DNA from: an uncultured Bacteroidota bacterium
GTDB lineage: Bacteria; Bacteroidota; Bacteroidia; AKYH767-A; OLB10
Direction of reading: 5' to 3'
Assembly (NCBI GenBank): GCA_903847585.1
Contig: CAINEC010000064.1
Coordinates: 10,225 to 74,224 of the forward strand
DNA: 64,000 bases
Position 1 is the stretch's first letter. Each line of letters opens with the position of its first letter. Under the pieces are notes generated by a model. The model saw nothing but the letters and a program-made list of their open reading frames with translations, searched no databases and was not told the origin of the DNA. The translations under genes and the position numbers were made by a program. Shown in pieces: positions 48,352 to 58,378 of the stretch.

Positions 48352-48885
48352 TTGAAAAAGAACTACTCCCTACTCATCTTGATAGTTTTTACGACCACGT
48401 TTGCATTTGGGCAAAAAAAAGAAAAGAAAAACCCCGACACCTACATCTTCAAAGAAACATTACTTCAATCGTTGGTGGAAAATGATGAAGCTATTTTTCT
48501 AACGCTGGCGCCTGCACGAAATGATATAGATACAGCCATCAAATATTTTGATGAACCAAAACAAATTTCTTCCAAAGGTGCGGACTCGCTATTTTCAGTG
48601 CTCCAAGAAAAAGCAGGCGATAATTTTAAAACGCTACAAAAGTTTGGAACGGTTAACAATATCGACTGGACCATGATTTCAGAAGATAGTTTAGTAGCAG
48701 AACCCAAAAAGAAATTGGAAAATGAATTCCCTTCTTTACGTTTTAAATATTACTTCACCCATTTAGGTGAACACTATTATTTTTCAGCAACTCGTCTATT
48801 GCTTATCAATAATCACTGGGTATTAACTAACGGTGTGCGCTTAAAGAAAGTGATTACTACTTCCGAAGAACAAAAAAAGGACTGA
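48352..48885 (+). CDS. Secreted hypothetical protein
   Basis: TTG start; signal peptide ending AFG; no family recognised. Confidence 0.7.
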   Translation: MKKNYSLLILIVFTTTFAFGQKKEKKNPDTYIFKETLLQSLVENDEAIFLTLAPARNDIDTAIKYFDEPKQISSKGADSLFSVLQEKAGDNFKTLQKFGTVNNIDWTMISEDSLVAEPKKKLENEFPSLRFKYYFTHLGEHYYFSATRLLLINNHWVLTNGVRLKKVITTSEEQKKD

Positions 48886-48903
48886 TTACTCAGTCCTTAA
48901 ATT

Positions 48904-49563
48904 TTACTGTGTTTTTGCCATTGAGCGTTTTACTTCTTCAGTACCCCAATGCGGTTTTAAAAACTCTTCCGATTTATTTGCTTTTAATCCATCGCTTGCT
49001 AACTTATAAATTTTAGCGGCTTCTTTTTTATTGCCTGCCTTCAAAAACTCATCCCCTTCTACTAAATATAATCGAGGATTGGTAGCATCCATCTTTTTTG
49101 CTTCCGCAATTAGCTTTTTAATCTTCGATTTGTGATCGGTTTCTAATGAATCATTATGATTAGCCATCAAACGTAAAATATGCGCCTTCAAAATTAATGG
49201 CTCTGCATCCTTCGGACTTAACTTAATTGCTTTTTCAGCAAAACCTAACGCTCGCGTATATACTTCCGGCTTTCTTAATGAATCGAAATATAAAAAACCT
49301 GCTTCCGCATCAATATAAGCAGCATAGTATTGTCCGTAAAAGTTGGTTGAGTCAGCATGTGCTAATCGATCAAAACTTTCATAAATCTTTGCTCTGAAAT
49401 TATCATTCGTACAAGTATCCCAAACCATTACATAACGATCGAGAGCTCGTTTAACATTGTTCTGAGATATTGGTGGTCGCTTAGGCTCTTGCTTTGGTGC
49501 TTGTGCATTTACACTCATTTGCAAACATAACAGCACTAACACTGCACTTATTACTTTCTTCAT
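48904..49563 (-). CDS. Secreted helical/TPR-like hypothetical protein
   Basis: Signal peptide; A...A..A....P.D.E and NPRLYL..G TPR-like patterns; PHWG motif. Confidence 0.7.
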   Translation of the reverse strand: MKKVISAVLVLLCLQMSVNAQAPKQEPKRPPISQNNVKRALDRYVMVWDTCTNDNFRAKIYESFDRLAHADSTNFYGQYYAAYIDAEAGFLYFDSLRKPEVYTRALGFAEKAIKLSPKDAEPLILKAHILRLMANHNDSLETDHKSKIKKLIAEAKKMDATNPRLYLVEGDEFLKAGNKKEAAKIYKLASDGLKANKSEEFLKPHWGTEEVKRSMAKTQ

Positions 49564-49568
49564 TACGA

Positions 49569-50525
49569 TTAGTTTTTAAATAAATCTTCTACCCAGGCTT
49601 TTCCCCAATTTTCTAATTCTTCTTGCGACCAAAGTTCGTGATAAAAAATTCTTTTCTGAAAACGAGGAGGTAAATATTTTTGCCAGTTCGTGCCACCCGT
49701 CGCCGCAATATCAACTGGATCTTTTTGTAAGTATCGTACAGCCGATTTATAATGCGACAATGGCCAGTTAATATTTACATTCACATCTAACTGCTTTAAT
49801 AATTTGATCAGCTTTTCATTCTGCTGATCTTCCGCCGATAGCTTTTTATATTGCGACAATACATTCACTCCTTCCATCGATTTAGCAAGAGTGATTAACT
49901 GCGTAGAGTATTTTTCTTCAAACTGATTTAACGTTAGCGTCTTTTTTCCCGTTGCTAATTCTGTTGCACCCGCCTTCCAGTAAATATGTTCAAACATTTC
50001 TTCTACGCTTGAACTCTTACTATTAATTTTTTCTCTAACATCTTTTGAAACCAGTCTTTCAAATTCAGTTGAGTAAATTTCAATGCTACGGTATTGCGCC
50101 GACTGAAATCCAGATGCAGGCAATAAGCTCATGCGAAACTTTTGAAACTGCTCTGGCTCCATACCATCCACCATAATCGAAAATGAGTCAGTTAATGCTA
50201 CGAAATAACGATTGATGCGCTGTAACTTTTGAATCATCAAATCAACAGTAACATTTTTCGAATTACTTATTTGCTTGAATTCATGAATGGCTAACTTAAA
50301 ATACAATTCCGTAATCTGATGATACATGATGAATACTTCTTCATCAGGAAACTTCGTTTTAGGCGATTGTAAACTTAACAAGGTATCGAGATGAATATAG
50401 TCCCAGTAAGTCAAATAATCAGCATATAACAACCCATCAAGGTAAGATGTTAAATCCTGCCCCATGGCATTAAACTTCTCTTCCAGAAGCTTAATTCTAC
50501 TTTCAATGTTTTCAGGTAAACTCAT
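49569..50525 (-). CDS. kynA: Tryptophan 2,3-dioxygenase
   Basis: YWDYIHLD.LLSLQ, FIMYHQITELYFK, FR..L.PASGFQS.QYR and GTGGT-like ATGGT motifs. Confidence 0.92.
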   Translation of the reverse strand: MSLPENIESRIKLLEEKFNAMGQDLTSYLDGLLYADYLTYWDYIHLDTLLSLQSPKTKFPDEEVFIMYHQITELYFKLAIHEFKQISNSKNVTVDLMIQKLQRINRYFVALTDSFSIMVDGMEPEQFQKFRMSLLPASGFQSAQYRSIEIYSTEFERLVSKDVREKINSKSSSVEEMFEHIYWKAGATELATGKKTLTLNQFEEKYSTQLITLAKSMEGVNVLSQYKKLSAEDQQNEKLIKLLKQLDVNVNINWPLSHYKSAVRYLQKDPVDIAATGGTNWQKYLPPRFQKRIFYHELWSQEELENWGKAWVEDLFKN

Positions 50526-50631
50526 GGTTCAAAAATACTATTTCCGCTCGAATATTTGCCCACGACTGATAAAGATTAGTCCATAAAAAAAGCCGACTCT
50601 AAAGCCGGCTTCCTATTTTTATCGGTTGAAA

Positions 50632-51309
50632 TTAATTTCTTCTACCACCCATGTAAATCATGATGTAGTAAAGCAATGTTGCAATCGACGCAATAGCAGC
50701 TACTACATAGGTCATTGCTGCCCACCATAAAGCATCTTTTGCATTTTCATGCTCTTGTCTTGTAGAAACTCCTGACGATTCTAACCATGCTAATGCACGG
50801 TTACTTGCATCAAATTCTACAGGCAATGTTACTAAACTAAATAAGGTAGTTGCAGCAAATAAACAGATTCCAATTAATAATAAACTTGGGAAAGTATTAA
50901 TTGTTAAAATTCCTGCTAATAAAATCCAATGCATCCAACCTGAAGCGACACTTACAATAGGAACCAACGTTGAGCGAAGCTGTAACATGCTATATGCGGT
51001 TGCATGCTGAACAGCGTGACCACATTCGTGAGCAGAAACTGCTGCTGCCGCTGCGTTTTTTCCATAATATACACCCTGACTTAAATTTACTGTTTTGTCT
51101 GCAGGATTGTAGTGATCTGTTAATTGACCTTCAACACAAATTACTTTTACATCATAAATAGCATTGTCGCGAAGCATCTTTTTCGCAATTTCTTCTCCTG
51201 ATAAATCAGAACTGATTGGTGTTTGAGAGTATTTTTCAAACTTGCTCTTTAAACGAGCACTAACCATCCAACCAATGGCCATAAAAACTAAGGAAAGGAT
51301 AAACATCAT
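50632..51309 (-). CDS. Membrane zinc metallopeptidase (YugP-like)
   Basis: LTDHYNP, AHECGHAVQH, TLPVEFDASNRA and AAMTYV motifs. Confidence 0.92.
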   Translation of the reverse strand: MMFILSLVFMAIGWMVSARLKSKFEKYSQTPISSDLSGEEIAKKMLRDNAIYDVKVICVEGQLTDHYNPADKTVNLSQGVYYGKNAAAAAVSAHECGHAVQHATAYSMLQLRSTLVPIVSVASGWMHWILLAGILTINTFPSLLLIGICLFAATTLFSLVTLPVEFDASNRALAWLESSGVSTRQEHENAKDALWWAAMTYVVAAIASIATLLYYIMIYMGGRRN

Positions 51310-51402
51310 AATCTTATTATTTTTTTCTGTTATACGTTGATTGTGTCTTTTTATTGTAGTTGACTAAAGATTAAACAAATTTAATAGATAAAAGTTAAAT
51401 AT

Positions 51403-52515
51403 TTACTCCCAACGAAAGACTTTTACCGCAGCAAAATAGATGATTACTCCCCAAAGCAGAATAACTCCTAATTGAGAGGTAATATCCATCAAACCAGCAC
51501 CTTCAAATGCTACTTTACGCATGGCATCGTTCAGATAGGTAAGCGGAAGGATTTTACAAACGGGCTGTAACCAAGAAGGGAAATTATCAATTCCGAAGAA
51601 AGTTCCAGAGAGTAAAAACTGCGGCAGCGTGACAATATTTGCCAATGGAGGAATCGTTCCTTCATTCTTTGCAATTCCTGAAACCACAAATCCAAATCCC
51701 ATAAATACAATTAATCCGATAGCCGACAAAATAATCATATCAACAAAAGTGGTGAGTCCGTTAACGAGCGTAAATCCGAAAGCATAATGCCCTAATAAAA
51801 TTAAGAACATAGCACCCAACAACGCAAAAACCATTCTTGCTAACGCTTCCCCTAAAACGATAAAAGGACGTTTAATAGGAGTTGCAAAAAATCGTTTAAT
51901 AACTAATGTCTGACGTAAATTAAAAAATACGAATGCTGTTCCGAATACTCCCGTACTTAGCAATGAAAAACCTAATTGTCCTGGCAAAATAAAATCAATT
52001 GTTTCGTAAGTTCTTCCTTGCAATTGCTGTTGTTGGATAGTTGCCATTGGCTGAGAAATATTCGCTGCCTTTAAATTCAACTTATCAATCAAATGCTCTA
52101 ACATCGATTTTACGATTACACCCTTTTCACCAGATGCCATTGTTGTATAAAGCTGGACGTTGTAAGTAGAATCGCTGTTTGATTTTTGAATATTGATGAT
52201 AGCATCCAAATCGCCTTTAAATATTTTTACACGTTGCGTTGCCGTATCCATATGATGCTGAACCGAAAAAGCAGGATTAGAAATCATTCCAATATAAATC
52301 GGATTATTCGTATCGCAATCAGGTGATAATGCTACATCTAACGAAACACTTCCTCCTTTTAAAAATCCGAATACGGTAATAAATATTAGAGGAAATACCA
52401 ACGTAAATATCACCGCCGAAGGACTTCTTGTAATAGAACGAAAGCTTGCTTTTGAAATGGCAAGCATGGCTTTCAATTGACTATAATTTTGGTTGTTATT
52501 CATCTCTCCATTCAT
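51403..52515 (-). CDS. ABC-2 type transporter permease
   Basis: F.L.FP, DF..PG.LG and LSG.FF.I..FP.WLQ....LPLTY..DAMR motifs. Confidence 0.92.
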   Translation of the reverse strand: MNGEMNNNQNYSQLKAMLAISKASFRSITRSPSAVIFTLVFPLIFITVFGFLKGGSVSLDVALSPDCDTNNPIYIGMISNPAFSVQHHMDTATQRVKIFKGDLDAIINIQKSNSDSTYNVQLYTTMASGEKGVIVKSMLEHLIDKLNLKAANISQPMATIQQQQLQGRTYETIDFILPGQLGFSLLSTGVFGTAFVFFNLRQTLVIKRFFATPIKRPFIVLGEALARMVFALLGAMFLILLGHYAFGFTLVNGLTTFVDMIILSAIGLIVFMGFGFVVSGIAKNEGTIPPLANIVTLPQFLLSGTFFGIDNFPSWLQPVCKILPLTYLNDAMRKVAFEGAGLMDITSQLGVILLWGVIIYFAAVKVFRWE

Positions 52516-53260
52516 GGCCTGTCAGTGATAAAAATACGTCTTCTAAATTTGCTTTTTTTACTTCTTTCTTTCGCTCGAAGCCGGAAGCTACTAATTGATC
52601 AATTAACGCATCAGGCGTATCTAACGCAATAATTTTTCCTGCTTCCATCACTGCAACGCGATCACATAATTGCTCAGCTTCATCCATGTAGTGTGTGGTA
52701 ATCACAACCGTTGCTCCTTCATTGCGCACATTCCTGATTAAGTCCCAAAGATTTCTACGCGCCTGCGGATCAAGTCCGGTAGTAGGCTCATCTAAGAAAA
52801 TAATTTTCGGTTGATTGATTAACGTTGTTGCAATTGAAAATCGTTGTTTTTGTCCGCCGGATAACTCTTTGAATTTTGCTTTTGCTTTATCTTCTAGTCC
52901 AACTTCCGCCAACATTTGCATCGGATTAATTTCACGGTTATACAATCCAGCAAACAACACTAACAATTCAACTAACGTTAAACTTGGATAATATCCAGCA
53001 GCCTGCAATTGCACACCAATTAATTGTTTGATATCATTTGCCTGTGTCTCGATATTTAATCCGCAAACCGTTACTTGCCCGCTTGATTTTTCTCTTAACG
53101 TTTCGATGATTTCGAGCGTGGTTGTTTTACCTGCGCCATTCGGACCAAGAATACCGAAGATTTCGCCTTCTTGCACCTCGAAAGAAATTCCTTTCACCGC
53201 ATGAAAGGATTCATATTTCTTTTCAAGATTACTGACTTGAATAATACTTTTTATTTGCAC
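52496..53260 (-). CDS. ABC transporter ATP-binding protein
   Basis: GPNGAGKTT, LSGGQKQR, LDEPTTGLD and TTHYM motifs; GTG start. Confidence 0.96.
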   Translation of the reverse strand: MQIKSIIQVSNLEKKYESFHAVKGISFEVQEGEIFGILGPNGAGKTTTLEIIETLREKSSGQVTVCGLNIETQANDIKQLIGVQLQAAGYYPSLTLVELLVLFAGLYNREINPMQMLAEVGLEDKAKAKFKELSGGQKQRFSIATTLINQPKIIFLDEPTTGLDPQARRNLWDLIRNVRNEGATVVITTHYMDEAEQLCDRVAVMEAGKIIALDTPDALIDQLVASGFERKKEVKKANLEDVFLSLTGHEWRDE

Positions 53261-53318
53261 GTGGCAAAGTTAGAATTTAAAAAATGACCGCAGTTAAATT
53301 TCCGTAAAATATTCCGAA

Positions 53319-55586
53319 TTAAAATTTAACCATCGCCTGAATATTAAACGATCTTGGCGCCTGCAAATCGGCTGGTCGTCCTACATACAAGTTATTCAAG
53401 ATGTTTTTAGTAACAAAACTTAATTGCACCGACTCATTTACTTTATAGGCGAATCGAGCATCAAATACCCATTCGCCTTCGGGGTTTTTATCGCGATAAT
53501 CTTTTACTCCTGGAATAACCCCTTCAAATATCTTATCAATATTTTCCATATAGCTATAATATCTGGCGCTCCATCCAAACGAGTACTTTTTATAGGTTGT
53601 TTCTGAATCAAACTTAAACATGGTCCTGTTGCGGTATTTAAGTACGTTTTTATTCGAAGAGTTTATCAAAGTATCTTCTGCAGCATTGAAATCAGTTTGA
53701 ATTGGATCAATAATCGTAACACCGCCCATCACCGTTTCCTGAACATTGCCAATCTTACCATCACCACCAATTGAAATTTCAAATCCGTCGATGCGCGTGT
53801 TGCCAATATTCTTCGACTTAAATCCTAATCCGAATAATGGATCTACAAACGGATTACCCCATTGACCAAATGTAAACTCCATCATATCATTATATTCTTG
53901 GCGGAAAACGGAGGCATCAATAAATCCTAGCCACGATTTAATTTTAAATCCTTGACGCAAACCAAACTCATACGAAGTACCTCTTTCTGTCGTGAGTGAA
54001 TCATTTGGATAAATTACTATGCTACCCACTTGCGTACGAATATATTTTTCAGCAATGGTTGGAAAACGAAATCCTTGTCCGTATGCAGCTCTCAAAAATG
54101 TTGCTTCCGCTGCCTTGAAGTTTACACCTGCACGCATTAATTGTTGTGGATCAAATTTGATGTTTGAAATTTCACCACCTTCATATCTATAACCACCCGA
54201 TAAATTCCAACGGTTGTATTTAAAATCCGCTTGCAAATAGGCGGCATAGTTAGTACTGTTTTGATTGCTGTATAAATCGCCCGAAACTTTTGTTTTTGAT
54301 GCTGATAACCCTCCCGAAATTGTTAAACGGTCCTTCCACTTATACTGACCTAAGTATTCCCCATAAGTTAACAATGATAAAGCTTCTTGATTCGTATTGT
54401 TTTTATTGTTGGTAGAATAAATACGTCCTCTTAACTTATGACTAAAATTTTTTCCAACATAAGAGATGGATGGATCAACATAGGTACGGGTTGTAGTGTA
54501 TAAGCTTAAGGTACTTGATGAACCCGAAGTTCCACCATAGGGCTTAAGTGCTCCACTTGAATCATCTTGCCAGAATAAAAAGTTACCTCCTTTCGACAAT
54601 TGTGAGTTTACGGCTATTCCTGCCGTTAGTCCTGCAATATTTTTAAAATGATATCGCAAATTAAAATTACCACGTACACGTTCTTCGCGTTCTCCTTCGC
54701 GATATCCTTGATCGTTTAGATAATGTCCACCAGCTACTAAATCCAACTGACCAATTTTTCTTCTATGTGAAAATTGTCCACCTGAAATCATTTCTGGTCC
54801 GCTGCCCCACCATTTCATACTTCTATCAAGCGGAGTATCATAAACGCCTGAATAAATTGTAACACTCGATTCTGCAGTGTCAGTTGGCACAACAGTACGC
54901 ATATTAATTACGCCATTCAAGGCAGAAGAACCAAACAAAGCAGACGATGCCCCTTTTATCACTTCTACTTGCCCGATATTTTCTATTGGTAAAAAACTCC
55001 ATTTTACATCGCCAGCATCACCTGCTAAAAGTGGTAAATCATCTACCAAAACTAGCACACGACTACCCGCCCCGTAACTAAATCCACTACCTCCACGAAT
55101 ATTTGCTTGTCCGTCGATAACCGTTACACCAGGAATTTGCTCAACAGCTGTTTCCATCGTTGTTTGATTACTATTCTCGATATATTTCGGTTTTAATACT
55201 TCCATCGAAACAGGAACCTCTTCCATTCGCTGTGCGTGCTTTCCTGCGGAGATGACTACAGTTTTCAGATCGAATTTCGAGGGAACCATCAAAACTTTCA
55301 AGTTAACGGTTGCGTCTTTTTTAATTTCTACCATTGTCTTGTAGGCTTCATAACCGATATATCCAACGGTTATTTCTTGCATACCAACAGGTAACTTAAA
55401 TTCTGCGAATCCATTAAAGTCAACCTGAGCTCCCGCTTTATTAGGCTTGCTTTCAACTACACCACCCAATAAATGTTCTCCTGTTTTAGCATCTACAATT
55501 TCAACCCGAATTGTTCCCGTTTGTGCAAACGAATTATTACCAATTAGAAATAACAGAATAACAACAATTATAAATTTAAACTTCAT
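53319..55586 (-). CDS. TonB-dependent receptor with N-terminal CarboxypepD_reg-like domain
   Basis: Plug motif VEVIKGASSALFGSSALNGVIN, GFRFP...E, terminal Phe; ATG at 55586. Confidence 0.92.
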   Translation of the reverse strand: MKFKFIIVVILLFLIGNNSFAQTGTIRVEIVDAKTGEHLLGGVVESKPNKAGAQVDFNGFAEFKLPVGMQEITVGYIGYEAYKTMVEIKKDATVNLKVLMVPSKFDLKTVVISAGKHAQRMEEVPVSMEVLKPKYIENSNQTTMETAVEQIPGVTVIDGQANIRGGSGFSYGAGSRVLVLVDDLPLLAGDAGDVKWSFLPIENIGQVEVIKGASSALFGSSALNGVINMRTVVPTDTAESSVTIYSGVYDTPLDRSMKWWGSGPEMISGGQFSHRRKIGQLDLVAGGHYLNDQGYREGEREERVRGNFNLRYHFKNIAGLTAGIAVNSQLSKGGNFLFWQDDSSGALKPYGGTSGSSSTLSLYTTTRTYVDPSISYVGKNFSHKLRGRIYSTNNKNNTNQEALSLLTYGEYLGQYKWKDRLTISGGLSASKTKVSGDLYSNQNSTNYAAYLQADFKYNRWNLSGGYRYEGGEISNIKFDPQQLMRAGVNFKAAEATFLRAAYGQGFRFPTIAEKYIRTQVGSIVIYPNDSLTTERGTSYEFGLRQGFKIKSWLGFIDASVFRQEYNDMMEFTFGQWGNPFVDPLFGLGFKSKNIGNTRIDGFEISIGGDGKIGNVQETVMGGVTIIDPIQTDFNAAEDTLINSSNKNVLKYRNRTMFKFDSETTYKKYSFGWSARYYSYMENIDKIFEGVIPGVKDYRDKNPEGEWVFDARFAYKVNESVQLSFVTKNILNNLYVGRPADLQAPRSFNIQAMVKF

Positions 55587-55708
55587 TGTCAATTTTATTG
55601 ATTTGTTAGTAAGAATCCATAAAAATGCAACCTATTTTCGATTAATAAAAATAATTTTGCGGCATTCGCTCATTAATTTTTCACAACCCAAGCGATATTA
55701 TTTCATAG

Positions 55709-56806
55709 ATGATGAACAACGATTTATTCTACAAAATCGCCCTTACATTTATTCCCAATGTCGGTGCGGTGCTCGCAAAAAATTTAGTCGCTTATTGTGG
55801 CAGCGCACAAGCTGTTTTTGAACAAACGGAAAAAGAACTATTGAGCATTCCTGATATTGGTCCTGTTACCGCCCGATCTATTTTGGAACAAACAGTATTT
55901 CGCAGAGCGGAACAAGAAGTAGAAAGAGTCTTAAAAAATGAAATAGAAGTATTATTCTTTACAGATGAAGCCTTTCCTTTCCGATTAAAACAATGCTACG
56001 ACTCTCCGATTTTACTCTATAAAAAAGGGAATATCGATTTAAACAAACATCGTTACCTCGCAGTAGTAGGCACACGCAATGCGAGCAACTATGGAAAGGA
56101 GCTTACTAGAGATTTGATTGATGCTTGCATTGAAAAAAATATTGTCATTGTTAGCGGAATGGCTTACGGAATTGATATCATTGCTCACCGTCAAGCAGTA
56201 AAAAATAATATGCCTACGATTGCTGTACTCGGCCACGGTCTCGATATTTTTTATCCAGCGCAACATAAAGAAACGGCAATGGCTATGCTCAACAATGGAG
56301 GCTGGTTAAGTGAATATCCGTTTGAAACAATGCCCGACAGAGAAAATTTCCCGTCGAGAAACAGAATTGTAGCGGGAATGTGCGATGCTGTTGTGGTAGT
56401 AGAAGCAGCAAAAAAAGGAGGTGCATTAATTACTGCTGATATTGCACATAGTTATGCGCGTGATGTATTTGCTTTCCCTGGACGGATAGGCGATACGTTT
56501 AGTGAAGGATGTAATAATTTGATTCGATTTAATCAGGGTTCGTTAATTACAAATGCTTCTGATATTTTCCGTTTGATGAACTGGGATGATCAAGAAAAGA
56601 AGAAAAAACCAATTCAGAAGACGCTATTTGTTGAGCTTAATCAAGAAGAAGAACAAATTATCAATGCCTGCAAACTGGTAAAATCGATTGATGAAATAGC
56701 TATTACCGCACAACTTCCTATCAGCAAAGTATCTGCTGCTTTATTCGCGCTTGAAATGAAAGGAGTTATCAGGGCACTTCCGGGAAAAGAATTTGAAGTT
56801 ATCTAA
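55709..56806 (+). CDS. dprA: DNA-processing protein DprA
   Basis: [31 protein letters not shown] and GG.LITA motifs; C-terminal winged helix. Confidence 0.96.
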   Translation: MMNNDLFYKIALTFIPNVGAVLAKNLVAYCGSAQAVFEQTEKELLSIPDIGPVTARSILEQTVFRRAEQEVERVLKNEIEVLFFTDEAFPFRLKQCYDSPILLYKKGNIDLNKHRYLAVVGTRNASNYGKELTRDLIDACIEKNIVIVSGMAYGIDIIAHRQAVKNNMPTIAVLGHGLDIFYPAQHKETAMAMLNNGGWLSEYPFETMPDRENFPSRNRIVAGMCDAVVVVEAAKKGGALITADIAHSYARDVFAFPGRIGDTFSEGCNNLIRFNQGSLITNASDIFRLMNWDDQEKKKKPIQKTLFVELNQEEEQIINACKLVKSIDEIAITAQLPISKVSAALFALEMKGVIRALPGKEFEVI

Positions 56807-56844
56807 GGAGAATTAATTATTTTTGGACTTCAAAAATTCAGCAT

Positions 56845-58032
56845 ATGTATAAAACATTAGAACCCGTATTAAACGCGGAGTTAAACGAGATTAAAGAAGC
56901 GGGCTTATTTAAAACAGAACGAATTATCACCACTCCTCAGGCAGCTGATATAAAAGCAAATGGTAAAGAGGTAATTAATTTTTGCGCAAACAACTATTTA
57001 GGACTTTCATCACATCCCAAAGTAATTCAGGCAGCTGTTGATGCCATTCATACACACGGATTCGGAATGTCGAGTGTGCGCTTTATCTGCGGAACACAGG
57101 ATATACATAAAGAATTAGAGTCGAAGCTTGCTCAATTTTTAGGCACAGAAGATACGATCCTTTACGCAGCGGCATTCGATGCAAACGGTGGTGTTTTCGA
57201 ACCTTTGTTGAATGAGCAAGATGCAATTATATCAGACGAATTAAACCATGCTTCTATCATTGATGGAATTCGTTTGTGTAAGGCGCAACGTCATCGTTAC
57301 AAGCACAACGACATGAATGATCTGGAAGAGCAGTTAAAGGCCACTCAGCATTTACGTCATAGAATGATTGTTACCGATGGTGTTTTCTCGATGGACGGAA
57401 CAATTGCGCAGTTAGATAAAATTTGTGATTTAGCTGATAAATACAATGCATTAGTGATGATTGACGAATGCCATGCAAGTGGATTTATGGGAAAAACAGG
57501 TCGTGGAACGCATGAATACAGAAATGTAATGGGTCGTGTGGACATTATCACAGGTACATTAGGAAAAGCATTAGGTGGTGCGATGGGCGGATTCACTTCC
57601 GGTAAAAAAGAAATCATCGATATGCTTCGTCAGCGTTCTCGTCCGTATTTATTCTCGAATTCATTAGCTCCATCAATTGTTGGTGCATCGATAGCAGTAA
57701 TTGATATGCTAAGCGAAACAACAGCTTTACGCGATAAGTTATGGGAAAACACTGCTTATTTCAGAAGTGAGATTACAAAAGCGGGATTTGATATAAAACC
57801 AGGAGAACATCCGATTGTGCCAATCATGTTATACGAGGCGAAATTGGCTCAGGAATTCGCAGCCAAATTACTTGATGAGGGTATTTATGTCATTGGATTC
57901 TTCTATCCTGTTGTTGCCAAAGGTAATGCGCGTATCCGAGTGCAAATATCTGCGGGCCACGACAGACACCATATTGATCAGGCAATTGCAGCCTTTACCA
58001 AGGTTGGGAAAGAGCTTGGTGTGATTAAATAA
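56845..58032 (+). CDS. kbl: Glycine C-acetyltransferase (2-amino-3-ketobutyrate CoA ligase)
   Basis: [25 protein letters not shown] (PLP lysine), [11 protein letters not shown] and ARIRVQISA motifs. Confidence 0.96.
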   Translation: MYKTLEPVLNAELNEIKEAGLFKTERIITTPQAADIKANGKEVINFCANNYLGLSSHPKVIQAAVDAIHTHGFGMSSVRFICGTQDIHKELESKLAQFLGTEDTILYAAAFDANGGVFEPLLNEQDAIISDELNHASIIDGIRLCKAQRHRYKHNDMNDLEEQLKATQHLRHRMIVTDGVFSMDGTIAQLDKICDLADKYNALVMIDECHASGFMGKTGRGTHEYRNVMGRVDIITGTLGKALGGAMGGFTSGKKEIIDMLRQRSRPYLFSNSLAPSIVGASIAVIDMLSETTALRDKLWENTAYFRSEITKAGFDIKPGEHPIVPIMLYEAKLAQEFAAKLLDEGIYVIGFFYPVVAKGNARIRVQISAGHDRHHIDQAIAAFTKVGKELGVIK

Positions 58033-58095
58033 CCGAGGGTTAAAATTGTTTGGGAACAAAATCAGAAATCATTACTTTTGCCTTCCCAATAAACA

Positions 58096-58172
58096 GGGCC
58101 TATAGCTCATTCGGTTAGAGCAACAGACTCATAATCTGTGGGTGCCTGGTTCGAATCCAGGTGGGCCCACCA
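58096..58172 (+). tRNA. tRNA with CAT anticodon, probably tRNA-Ile2 (lysidine type)
   Basis: Acceptor stem GGGCCTA/TGGGCCC; D arm AGCTCATTCGGTTAGAGC; anticodon arm ACAGA-CTCATAA-TCTGT; T arm CCTGG-TTCGAAT-CCAGG; encoded CCA. G1-C72 excludes the initiator, and C4:G69/C5:G68 favour Ile2. Confidence 0.92.
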
Positions 58173-58176
58173 ATTA

Positions 58177-58216
58177 AAAAAACCATGTAGCAGAGTAAAC
58201 TTGCTACATGGTTTTT
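58177..58216 (+). terminator. Intrinsic terminator after the tRNA
   Basis: AAAAAACCATGTAGCA...TGCTACATGGTTTTTT inverted repeat. Confidence 0.9.
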
Positions 58217-58378
58217 TATTTAATAGCATTTAGAATGTTATCATTTAAATTTTGATTTTAAATTACTGTGGGGGTCTTCCCGAAAAAATATCGGGACGAT
58301 GACTTCGGGACAGGTGGTTATGAATTAAATATATTTCATAAAAATTGATAATTTTGCTTCTGTTCAATTATCTATTTT

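Noticed and set aside
3356-50525. Apparent heme theme (ctaA, HmuY operon, H-NOX, Trp dioxygenase) as one system
   Set aside because: Genes are dispersed among unrelated housekeeping loci, with no shared operon or regulatory motif seen.
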